Positions 47,650-56,492 of a stretch of 64,000 bases of DNA are shown one piece after another. The notes under the pieces were generated by a model. The model saw only the letters and a program-made list of their open reading frames with translations, searched no databases and had not been told where the DNA came from. Position 1 is the stretch's first letter. Each line of letters starts with the position of its first letter. The translations under genes and the position numbers were made by a program. Source of the DNA: an uncultured Clostridium sp. (GTDB lineage Bacteria > Bacillota > Clostridia > TANB77 > CAG-508); assembly GCA_900555835.1 (NCBI GenBank), contig USMK01000002.1, forward strand, positions 10,117-74,116. The letters run 5' to 3'.

Positions 47650-48885
47650 ATGATGAATAAACCAGAATTATTAGCGCCTGCGGGGTCTTTTGAAAAGGCT
47701 AAAACAGCTTTTTTATATGGGGCTGATGCTATTTATGCAGGAACATCTTCTCTTTCTCTTAGAACAAGAGCCGAAATGGAAGATGATGATTTAGTTAAAA
47801 CAATCAAATATGCTCATATGCATAATAAAAAAGTATATGTTACAATAAATATTTTTGCTTGGGACGATAGATATGAAGAAGTAAAAAAACAAGCTCAAAT
47901 TCTAAATGAACTTAAAGTTGACGGCATTATTGTAGCTGATGGTGGAGTATTAGAAATTTTAAAAGAATATGCTCCTGATGTTGATAAACATATTAGTACA
48001 CAAGCTAATATTGTTAGTTATCACACTAGCAAGTTTTGGTATAATAATGGAGCTAAAAGGGTTATTTTAGCAAGAGAGCTTAGCAAAGATCAAATAAAAG
48101 AAATTGTAAAAAATAAACCAAAAGATTTGGAAACAGAAATGTTTATACATGGAGCTATTTGCTTTGGGTATTCAGGTAGATGTTTCCTAAGCGACTTTTT
48201 AGCTGGGCGTAGTGCTAATTTAGGCGATTGTGCTCAAAGTTGTAGATGGGCATATAATGTATATGTTGAAGAAACAAATAAACCTGGAAATTTAATGCCA
48301 GTAGAACATGACGATAAAGGAACATATATTTTCTCTTCAAAAGATTTATGTCTAGTTAAAGAAATTCCGGAGATAGTGGATTTAGGTGTGGATAGCTTGA
48401 AAATAGAGGGAAGACTTAAAACAGAGTATTATTTAGCAACTGTTATAAATGCATATAGAAATGCTATTGACGATTATATAGAAAGTCCAGATAGTTATGA
48501 TTATACAAAATACTTAAAGGAAATTGAGAAAACAAAAACAAGAGGATTAACTACTTTTTACTTTAATTCAAGAGATAATAAAGATTTTCAAGATTATTCT
48601 GGTAATCAATATAATGCAGAGTATGAATTTGGGGCAAAGGTTATTGAAAAAGAAAATGATAAATATATTGTAGAAATAAAAAACAGACTTAAAGTCGGAG
48701 ATACGCTAGAAATAATATTACCTGGACAAATAGAACCAATTGCATTTGAATTAGACCACTTATGGGATGTAGAAACAGATGAAGTAATAGATTTTATTAA
48801 CCCTGGTAGAGCTAACCAAAAAGTAAAAATGAAATTGCCGGTAGAGGCTAAATCAGGATATATAATTAGAAGAAAGAAGGATTAA
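47650..48885 (+). CDS. Peptidase U32 family protein (YrrO/TrhP-like)
   Basis: ATG 47650 after GGAGG; KPELLAPAGS...MFIHGAICFGYSGRCFLS..., typical of U32. Confidence 0.85.
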   Translation: MMNKPELLAPAGSFEKAKTAFLYGADAIYAGTSSLSLRTRAEMEDDDLVKTIKYAHMHNKKVYVTINIFAWDDRYEEVKKQAQILNELKVDGIIVADGGVLEILKEYAPDVDKHISTQANIVSYHTSKFWYNNGAKRVILARELSKDQIKEIVKNKPKDLETEMFIHGAICFGYSGRCFLSDFLAGRSANLGDCAQSCRWAYNVYVEETNKPGNLMPVEHDDKGTYIFSSKDLCLVKEIPEIVDLGVDSLKIEGRLKTEYYLATVINAYRNAIDDYIESPDSYDYTKYLKEIEKTKTRGLTTFYFNSRDNKDFQDYSGNQYNAEYEFGAKVIEKENDKYIVEIKNRLKVGDTLEIILPGQIEPIAFELDHLWDVETDEVIDFINPGRANQKVKMKLPVEAKSGYIIRRKKD

Positions 48886-48888
48886 GGT

Positions 48889-49653
48889 TTGCAAAAGTTT
48901 TTTGTAGAGGAAAAGCAAATTGACGAAGGAAGCGGAACTATAATAATTTTGGGTGAAGATGTAAACCATATAAAAAATGTTCTAAGATGTATAGAGGGGG
49001 AACATATAGAAATATGTGAAAAATCAGATATGCCTAAAAAATATATATGTGAAATATCAAGTTTAAATAGTTCTGAAATTACTTGCCATATAATAGAGAA
49101 ACTTGAAAAAAATAATGAAGCACCAATAAAATTACATATTTTTCAAGGATTGCCTAAGGCTGAAAAGATGGAACTCATAATTCAAAAATGTACAGAACTT
49201 GGCGCATATGAATTTGTTCCTGTTGATATGAGAAGATGTGTAGTTAAATTAAATGGCAAGGATGAATCAAAAAAGATAGCTCGTTGGCAAAAAATTGCAG
49301 AAGTAGCTTCAAAACAATGTGGCAGAGATATAATTCCAAAAGTGACAAACAAAATTTCTGTAAAAGAATTGATTACTTTAATTCAAGATTATGATATGAT
49401 AATAGTAGCCTATGAAAATGAACATACTAAATTCTTAAAAGAGGTATTAAGAAATCAGAAAACAAAAAATAAAATTATGAATATTGCTTTAATAATAGGC
49501 CCAGAAGGTGGAATTGATATTAGTGAAATAGAATTATTAGAAAAAGCAAATGTAAATATTGTATCATTAGGAAATAGAATTTTAAGAACAGAAACAGCAC
49601 CTATTGTACTTTCTTCAATAATAATGTACGAGTTAGGAGATATAGGAGGTTAA
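48889..49653 (+). CDS. rsmE: 16S rRNA (uracil1498-N3)-methyltransferase
   Basis: TTG start; PUA-like N-terminus; C-terminal IIGPEGG...LGNRILRTETA. Confidence 0.85.
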   Translation: MQKFFVEEKQIDEGSGTIIILGEDVNHIKNVLRCIEGEHIEICEKSDMPKKYICEISSLNSSEITCHIIEKLEKNNEAPIKLHIFQGLPKAEKMELIIQKCTELGAYEFVPVDMRRCVVKLNGKDESKKIARWQKIAEVASKQCGRDIIPKVTNKISVKELITLIQDYDMIIVAYENEHTKFLKEVLRNQKTKNKIMNIALIIGPEGGIDISEIELLEKANVNIVSLGNRILRTETAPIVLSSIIMYELGDIGG

Positions 49654-49655
49654 AT

Positions 49656-50144
49656 GTGGAAGAAAAAATATTAAAAGAAGATTTATTTAAAAATAAAAGA
49701 TTAACACCTGAGCTAAAAAATAAAATAAGAAAAATTTATGCGAAACATTTTCTTGTTATAGGACTTATTTTTGTATATACTGGTATTATAACATTGGCTT
49801 TTTATAAAATGGAATTAAATACTCTTGCAACAGATTTGAAAGTATTAAGCTTAGGATTTTTATGTTTTGCAATTATAAAATTTGAGCAAGGATATAAAAA
49901 AGATAATGAGGGAATATTCTTAATAGGAGTAGAAGCCTTAGTATTAGCTCTTATGACTTTATTTATGACAAGTTTTATTAGTATAGAAGAAAATGAATTT
50001 AAAAATATTACTACTGGATTCTGTGTTTTTGCTTTGATTTATTATTTGTTAAAAAATTTTATAATGATAAACAAAATAAAAAAAGAACACAAAAAACAAA
50101 TTAGTGATGTTAGAGATATAATACATAAAAAAGGAGACATTTAA
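49656..50144 (+). CDS. Hypothetical membrane protein (162 aa)
   Basis: GTG start after AGGAGG; four hydrophobic segments; no family recognised. Confidence 0.5.
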   Translation: MEEKILKEDLFKNKRLTPELKNKIRKIYAKHFLVIGLIFVYTGIITLAFYKMELNTLATDLKVLSLGFLCFAIIKFEQGYKKDNEGIFLIGVEALVLALMTLFMTSFISIEENEFKNITTGFCVFALIYYLLKNFIMINKIKKEHKKQISDVRDIIHKKGDI

Positions 50145-50145
50145 A

Positions 50146-51021
50146 ATGTTAAAAAGTATGACTGGCTATGGACGTAGTAAACTAGAATTAGAAGGGAAAG
50201 AATATTTGATAGAAATTAAAGCTGTAAATCATAGATTTATAGATGTTTGTGTTAAATTACCAAGAGATTTAAGCTATTTAGAGGAAAATATAAAGAAAAC
50301 TGTATTAAAATCAGTTAGTAGAGGAAAAATAGATGTAAGTATAACATATTCAAATATATCTACACAAAACGGAAATATAAAAATTAATAAGAGTTTAGCA
50401 AATGAATATATAAGACAATTGAAAGAACTAGCAATAGAAAATGAATTATCTGATAATATTAGTGTTGCGGAAATATTAAAGTTTCCAGATATATTTTCAT
50501 CAGAATCGCCTATGGAAGAAGCGGATATTTGGAAAGCATTTGAGCCTAAGATTTGTGAAGCATTAGTTGCTTTTAATAAAATGAGATTAGAAGAAGGAAA
50601 TAAACTTTGTGAAGACATTTTAAATAGAATTGACATAATTTCTAAAAATTTAGAGATAATTTCTTCTAAATCTACTGGACTTGTTGAGAAATATGTAGTA
50701 AAATTAGAAGCAAGGATTAAAGAAATCTTAAAAACAGATATTGTAGATCAAAATAGATTGGCAGAAGAAGCGGTAATATTTTCAGATAAATGTTCAGTTG
50801 AAGAAGAACTTACAAGAATGTATAGCCATATAGAACAATTTAAGCAATTGATAAATGATTCAAATGCTAAGGGCAAAAAGATTGATTTTTTACTACAAGA
50901 AATGAACAGAGAAACAAATACAATTGCTTCAAAGGCAAATTGCTTGGAAATTACAAAAATGGTTATAGAAATTAAGACTGAACTTGAAAATATTAGAGAA
51001 CAAATTCAAAATGTAGAATAG
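50146..51021 (+). CDS. yicC: YicC/YloC family stress-induced protein
   Basis: [10 protein letters not shown]...IKAVNHRF...[13 protein letters not shown]. Confidence 0.9.
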   Translation: MLKSMTGYGRSKLELEGKEYLIEIKAVNHRFIDVCVKLPRDLSYLEENIKKTVLKSVSRGKIDVSITYSNISTQNGNIKINKSLANEYIRQLKELAIENELSDNISVAEILKFPDIFSSESPMEEADIWKAFEPKICEALVAFNKMRLEEGNKLCEDILNRIDIISKNLEIISSKSTGLVEKYVVKLEARIKEILKTDIVDQNRLAEEAVIFSDKCSVEEELTRMYSHIEQFKQLINDSNAKGKKIDFLLQEMNRETNTIASKANCLEITKMVIEIKTELENIREQIQNVE

Positions 51022-51032
51022 GGAGTGAAAAA

Positions 51033-51293
51033 ATGCAACTTATAAATATAGGATTTGGAAATATTGTATCTGCAAATAGAATAATTGCGATTGTAAGCCC
51101 AGAATCGGCTCCAATAAAAAGAATAGTACAAGAGGCGAAAGACAACAAAACAGCTGTTGATGCAACATATGGAAGAAGAACAAGAGCAGTAATAATAATG
51201 GACTCTGGTCATATTATATTATCAGCTGTTCAACCAGAAACTGTTGCTTCAAGATTTGAAAAAGATGATAACAATGTTCAAACTGAACAATAA
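51033..51293 (+). CDS. remA: DUF370 protein, RemA-like regulator
   Basis: [29 protein letters not shown]. Confidence 0.85.
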   Translation: MQLINIGFGNIVSANRIIAIVSPESAPIKRIVQEAKDNKTAVDATYGRRTRAVIIMDSGHIILSAVQPETVASRFEKDDNNVQTEQ

Positions 51294-51316
51294 TATATAA
51301 GAAAGAAGGAATAAAA

Positions 51317-51508
51317 ATGATAGTAAAACCAACAGTTACAGATTTATTAAAAATAGTGGATAATAGATATATGTTAATAATTGCCACAGCTAAAAGAGCT
51401 AGACAAATAGCCGCAGGAAGTGCTCCACTTATAAAAATTAATGAAAAATCACCAGTAACAATAGCTGCAAACGAAATTGCAGAAGGTAAGGTGAAAATAG
51501 TATGCTAG
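51317..51508 (+). CDS. rpoZ: DNA-directed RNA polymerase subunit omega
   Basis: ...NRYMLIIATAKRARQIAAGS... Confidence 0.85.
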   Translation: MIVKPTVTDLLKIVDNRYMLIIATAKRARQIAAGSAPLIKINEKSPVTIAANEIAEGKVKIVC

Positions 51509-52083
51509 TTATTTTGTCAGGAGTAGCAGGCTCTGGTAAAGACACAATAAAAAGAGAACTTATAAGAAGAATGGAAGGTTTAACAACTATTCCATCTTAT
51601 ACTGATAGACCACCAAGAGCAGGAGATAGACCAGAAGGCGAACAATATGTTTATGTTAATCAAGAACAATTCGAAGAAATGATAAAAAAAGATGAATTGT
51701 ATGAATATTCAGTCCACCACAATCACTACTATGGAACTTCAAAAAAGTTATTAAATGATAAAATACAAGCAGGCGAAGTTATAGTAAAAGATATTGATGT
51801 AAATGGAACAGAAGATTTAGTTAAAATTTTTAAAGATGATATAAAAGTTGTAACTATATTTTTAAAAGTCCCCAAAGAAGTCTTAAAAGAACGTCTAGAA
51901 GCAAGAGAAGACAAGCCTGATGCCAAAGAAGTTAAATTAAGACTAAATAGATTTGATTACGAAGAATCTAAAATAGGAAATTACGATTATGTAATTAAAA
52001 ATAATAATTTAGAAAAAACTGTGCAAATTATAATGGCTATAATAGAAAATGAAAAAAATTGTAGTTTTGACGAATTTGAATAA
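51502..52083 (+). CDS. gmk: Guanylate kinase-like protein (divergent)
   Basis: P-loop SGVAGSGKDT. SYTDRPPRAGDRPEGEQYVYV resembles the GMP-binding S-x-TTR-x-PR-x-GE-x-x-G-x-x-Y motif, but with T-D-R. Confidence 0.6.
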   Translation: MLVILSGVAGSGKDTIKRELIRRMEGLTTIPSYTDRPPRAGDRPEGEQYVYVNQEQFEEMIKKDELYEYSVHHNHYYGTSKKLLNDKIQAGEVIVKDIDVNGTEDLVKIFKDDIKVVTIFLKVPKEVLKERLEAREDKPDAKEVKLRLNRFDYEESKIGNYDYVIKNNNLEKTVQIIMAIIENEKNCSFDEFE

Positions 52084-52094
52084 GGAGCGAAAAA

Positions 52095-53288
52095 ATGTAC
52101 GAAATATTTGCTGATTTGCATGTCCACATAGGGAGGAGCGAAAACAATAAACCAATAAAGATAACAGCTGCAAGATCTTTAAATTTTGCTAATATTGCAG
52201 AAGAATGTGTTAGCAAAAAAGGAATTAACATGGTTGGTATTATTGACTGCGCTTCTCCTTATGTTATAGAGGATATAGAAAATTTCCTACAAAGTGGAGA
52301 TGCTTATGAAATAGAAGATGGTGGAATTATATATAAAGATAAAGTATGTATAATTTTAGGAAGTGAAATTGAAACTTCTGAAATAAATGATGAAGGAAAA
52401 ACAGGAAGCGCACATAATTTATGCTATTTCCCAACATTGAATGATATAAAAGGCTTTTCGAATGAAATGAGCCATCATATAAAAAATATTACTTTGAGTT
52501 CACAGAGAGCTGATATATCTGCATATGATTTAATTGATATTGTAAGAAATTATAATGGAATACTAATTCCAGCACACGCATTTACACCTCATAAAAGTTT
52601 TTATGGAAATTGTACAAAAAGTTTAAAAAGAATTTTTAAAGAAAAATATGATTTAATACCAGCTATCGAATTAGGATTAAGTTCTGATACATACTTAGCA
52701 GATCAAATATCTGAATTGGAAACAAAAACATTTATAACAAATTCAGATGCACATTCATTGCCTAAAATCGCAAGAGAATACAATAAAATGCTACTTGGAG
52801 GTATTAGCTATAAAGAATTGCTAATGGCCTTAAAAGGTGAAAATGGAAGAAAAATACTAGCAAATTATGGATTAGACCCTAAACTTGGAAAATATCATAG
52901 AACATATTGCGAAATATGTGGCAAAACAATTGATGGAGAACCACCTGTAACTAAATGTGATACTTGTGATAGCAAAAATATTACAATGGGTGTTTTTGAT
53001 AGAATTGAAATTATAAAAGACAAAGAAGAAAGCAAAAGCCCAGAAAATAGACCAGAATATGTGTATCAAATTCCACTTACATTTATTCCTGGTGTTGGAA
53101 AGAAAACTTTGGATAATCTACTTAATGTATTTGAAACAGAAATGAACATATTACATAAAATTTCAAAAGACGATATTGAAGGTGTAGTTGGAGAAAAGGT
53201 TGCAAATGCTATAATTAATGCCAGAGAAGGGAAAATGAAAATTCACGCTGGTGGTGGAGGAGTATACGGTAAAATAGAAAGTAAATAA
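52095..53288 (+). CDS. TIGR00375/endonuclease Q-like PHP-domain protein
   Basis: ADLHVHIGRS...; a Cys cluster CEICGK...CDTCDS; a helix-hairpin-helix-like IPGVGKKT. Confidence 0.65.
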   Translation: MYEIFADLHVHIGRSENNKPIKITAARSLNFANIAEECVSKKGINMVGIIDCASPYVIEDIENFLQSGDAYEIEDGGIIYKDKVCIILGSEIETSEINDEGKTGSAHNLCYFPTLNDIKGFSNEMSHHIKNITLSSQRADISAYDLIDIVRNYNGILIPAHAFTPHKSFYGNCTKSLKRIFKEKYDLIPAIELGLSSDTYLADQISELETKTFITNSDAHSLPKIAREYNKMLLGGISYKELLMALKGENGRKILANYGLDPKLGKYHRTYCEICGKTIDGEPPVTKCDTCDSKNITMGVFDRIEIIKDKEESKSPENRPEYVYQIPLTFIPGVGKKTLDNLLNVFETEMNILHKISKDDIEGVVGEKVANAIINAREGKMKIHAGGGGVYGKIESK

Positions 53289-53350
53289 GTTCTAAAAAAA
53301 TATTTTATTACATAGATATTATGTAAGTAAAGTATTTTGGAGGAAATCTT

Positions 53351-53992
53351 ATGAGAACACGTAAGAAAACACGAACTATTAGTTATGTTATACTAAACCA
53401 TATTGTAAATAATTTAAAAGAATATTTTTCTGTTATACTTGTATTTTTCATTGGAATAATTATAGGAGTTATATTTATAAATAATAGCAGTGAAAATCAG
53501 GTTTTACAAATACAAGATTATATAAATAACTTTATGAGTGATTTAAAAGAATGTGGGAACATTGATAGACCAGCATTGTTATTACAAACCTTTTTAAATA
53601 ATTTATATTTAATACTGGCTTTATGGCTTGCAGGATCAACCGTTGTGGGAATTCCAGTAGTGTATGCAATTGTTGCATATAAAGGATTTTGCCTAAGTTA
53701 TACTATTTCATCAAGTATAATAACATTAGGAACTTGGAGGGGAATACTTTTTTCAATTTCCTCAATGTTATTTCAAAATCTTATTTATATTCCATGTCTA
53801 TTTGCCTTGGCAGTTAGTGGAATTAGACTTTATAAATCGATTATGAAAGATAAAAGACAAGAAAATATTAAACTAGAAATAGTAAGACATATTATGTTTT
53901 CTTTACTGGTTGGAGGAATTATGTTACTCGGAACAGTTGTAGAAACTTATATTTCAACAAACTTAATAGTTTGGTTCGTAAATTCGATATAA
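53351..53992 (+). CDS. spoIIM: Stage II sporulation protein M
   Basis: 213-aa membrane protein with the SpoIIM topology and motif pattern (...GIPVVYAIVAYKGF...). Confidence 0.75.
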   Translation: MRTRKKTRTISYVILNHIVNNLKEYFSVILVFFIGIIIGVIFINNSSENQVLQIQDYINNFMSDLKECGNIDRPALLLQTFLNNLYLILALWLAGSTVVGIPVVYAIVAYKGFCLSYTISSSIITLGTWRGILFSISSMLFQNLIYIPCLFALAVSGIRLYKSIMKDKRQENIKLEIVRHIMFSLLVGGIMLLGTVVETYISTNLIVWFVNSI

Positions 53993-54132
53993 TTTTACAA
54001 AAAAATCTTAAAAACTATTTACTTTTTTTATGTATTTTGATATAACATATATAGTTTATGTAAATTATAAATTTCGGTTATGCATACGCCTTTAAATATG
54101 CAAAAGTTTTATTAAAATAGGGGAGAACTAAA

Positions 54133-55014
54133 ATGGAAAAACAAATAAAATTATTCTTAGAATTTCTTCAAAATGATAAAAGATTGTCAGACAATACATT
54201 ACAATCTTATAGAAGAGATATTACACAATATGATAATTATTTAACACACAACAAAATAAATTATACAAAAGTAACAAAAGACGATATTAAAGAATACTTA
54301 CAAGTGCTTCAAAATATGAATAAAAAAACATCTACAATATCTCGTAATTTAGCTTCAATAAGATCATTTTATCAATTTTTATTAAAAAATAAAAAAATAA
54401 AAGCAGACCCAACAGAAGGAATTCAATCTCCTAAAATCGAAAAAAAGGCTCCAAGTGTATTATCTTCAAAAGAAATAGAATTATTATTAGATCAACCTAA
54501 TAATATTGATTTAAAAGGTATTAGAGATAAAGCAATGCTAGAATTTGCTTATGCAACAGGAATGAGAGTTACAGAAATAATTTCTTTAAATATAGATGAT
54601 ATAAATCTAGAAGACGGATTTGCAGCTTGCACAACAGGAAACAAAAAAAGAGTAATTCCAATAGGCTCTCTTTCATTAAAAGCATTAAAAGAATATGTAA
54701 ATAATGTAAGACCAATTCTTATAAAAGATGAGAAAGAAAAAGCTTTATTTGTTAATATAAATGGAAGAAGATTAACAAGGCAGGGATTTTGGAAAATAGT
54801 TAAATTTTATAAAGAACAAGCACATATTACTAAGGAGATAACACCACATGTTTTAAGACATTCATTTGCAACACATTTATTACAAAATGGTGCTGATTTA
54901 AAAGCAATACAATCAATGCTAGGTCATTCTGACATATCTTCAACACAGGTATATATGCAATTTCAAGAGGGAAGTTTAAAAAATATTTATAAAAAAGCTC
55001 ATCCAAGAGCATAA
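54133..55014 (+). CDS. xerD: Tyrosine recombinase XerD/XerC
   Basis: Catalytic residues in ATGMRVTE, HVLRHSFATHLL and LGHSDISSTQVY. Confidence 0.9.
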   Translation: MEKQIKLFLEFLQNDKRLSDNTLQSYRRDITQYDNYLTHNKINYTKVTKDDIKEYLQVLQNMNKKTSTISRNLASIRSFYQFLLKNKKIKADPTEGIQSPKIEKKAPSVLSSKEIELLLDQPNNIDLKGIRDKAMLEFAYATGMRVTEIISLNIDDINLEDGFAACTTGNKKRVIPIGSLSLKALKEYVNNVRPILIKDEKEKALFVNINGRRLTRQGFWKIVKFYKEQAHITKEITPHVLRHSFATHLLQNGADLKAIQSMLGHSDISSTQVYMQFQEGSLKNIYKKAHPRA

Positions 55015-55029
55015 GAGTATTACTAAATA

Positions 55030-55056
55030 GAGGCAGACCGTTTAAGTCTGCCTTTA
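55030..55056 (+). terminator. Intrinsic terminator after xerD
   Basis: Stem AGGCAGAC / GTCTGCCT followed by TTT. Confidence 0.7.
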
Positions 55057-55112
55057 CTCGATTGAATATTTAACCATTCAAAAATAGGCAATTAATTAGG
55101 AGGAAATATAAA

Positions 55113-56492
55113 GTGCAAGAAATACAAAAACAAAAAAAATATATAGAAAACATAAATAAAATAATATCTGGAAAAAATAAAAAATTTTTAATTCAAACAA
55201 TGGGATGTACATTAAATGAAAATGACTCTGAAAAAATAAGTGGAATGGCAACTGAAATGGGCTATATAAAAACAGAAAATATTATGGAGGCTGATTTAAT
55301 TATATTCAATACCTGTTGTATAAGAGAAAATGCAGAGGAGAAGCTTTTTGGAAAGCTTGGAGAAGTAAAAAAGCTAAAAGAAGAAAAAGGAACAATAATT
55401 GCTTTATGTGGTTGTATGATGCAAGAAGATCATATTATAGAAAAATTGAAAAAAAGCTATAAATATGTAGATATTATATTTGGAACACATACATTGCACA
55501 AGTTCCCGGAAGATTTATATAATTTGCTTACAGAGGAAAATAAAATAATAGATGTAATTGATATTGATGGAGAAGTATATGAAGGATTACCAATAAAAAG
55601 AGAAAGCTCAAATAAAGCATTAGTAACAATAATGCATGGCTGTAACAATTTTTGTACATATTGCATTGTTCCATATGTTAGAGGGAGAGAAAGAAATAGA
55701 AATCCAGAAGATATATTAAAAGAAATTAAGAAATTGGCGCAAGAAGGCTACAAGGAAGTTACTTTGTTAGGTCAAAATGTAAATTCGTATGTTGGAAATG
55801 GATATGATGGAATATATAATTTTGCAGATTTATTAAGAGCAGTTAATAAAATAGATGGAATAGAAATAATTAGCTTTATTTCTCCTCATCCAAAGGACTT
55901 CACAGATGATGTTATTTTAGCAATAAAAGAATGTAAAAAAGTAAGTAGATTATTGCATTTACCACTTCAATCTGGAAGTACAAATGTGCTAAAAAGAATG
56001 AACAGAAAATATACAAAAGAACAATATTTAGAACTTGCAAATAAAATAAAAAAATCAGTTCCAGAAGTAGCAATTTCAACAGACATCATTGTAGGATTTC
56101 CAGGTGAAACAGAAGATGATTTTGAAGATACCTTAGATGTTGTAAAACAAGTTCAATTTGAACAAGTATTTATGTTTATATACTCAAAAAGAGTTGGAAC
56201 ACCAGCTGAAAAAATGGAAGACCAAGTGCCAGAAGAAATCAAACATAAAAGATTTGATAGATTAAAACAATTAGTTGAAAATCAAATGCAAGAAAATAAT
56301 AAAAAATATATTGGAACTATTCAAAATATTCTTATTGAAGGAAAAAGTAAAAACAACGAAAATATGCTAACTGGCAGAACAAACACAAATAAAGTAGTTA
56401 TAATAGATGCAGACGAAAGTTTAATTGGAAAAATGATAAATGTAAAAATAGTATCAGAACATATGTGGTACTTGAAAGGTGAGATAGCATAA
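55113..56492 (+). CDS. miaB: tRNA-2-methylthio-N6-dimethylallyladenosine synthase
   Basis: GTG start after AGGAGG. UPF0004 domain, radical-SAM CNNFCTYC, and a TRAM domain. Sits upstream of mutS. Confidence 0.9.
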   Translation: MQEIQKQKKYIENINKIISGKNKKFLIQTMGCTLNENDSEKISGMATEMGYIKTENIMEADLIIFNTCCIRENAEEKLFGKLGEVKKLKEEKGTIIALCGCMMQEDHIIEKLKKSYKYVDIIFGTHTLHKFPEDLYNLLTEENKIIDVIDIDGEVYEGLPIKRESSNKALVTIMHGCNNFCTYCIVPYVRGRERNRNPEDILKEIKKLAQEGYKEVTLLGQNVNSYVGNGYDGIYNFADLLRAVNKIDGIEIISFISPHPKDFTDDVILAIKECKKVSRLLHLPLQSGSTNVLKRMNRKYTKEQYLELANKIKKSVPEVAISTDIIVGFPGETEDDFEDTLDVVKQVQFEQVFMFIYSKRVGTPAEKMEDQVPEEIKHKRFDRLKQLVENQMQENNKKYIGTIQNILIEGKSKNNENMLTGRTNTNKVVIIDADESLIGKMINVKIVSEHMWYLKGEIA

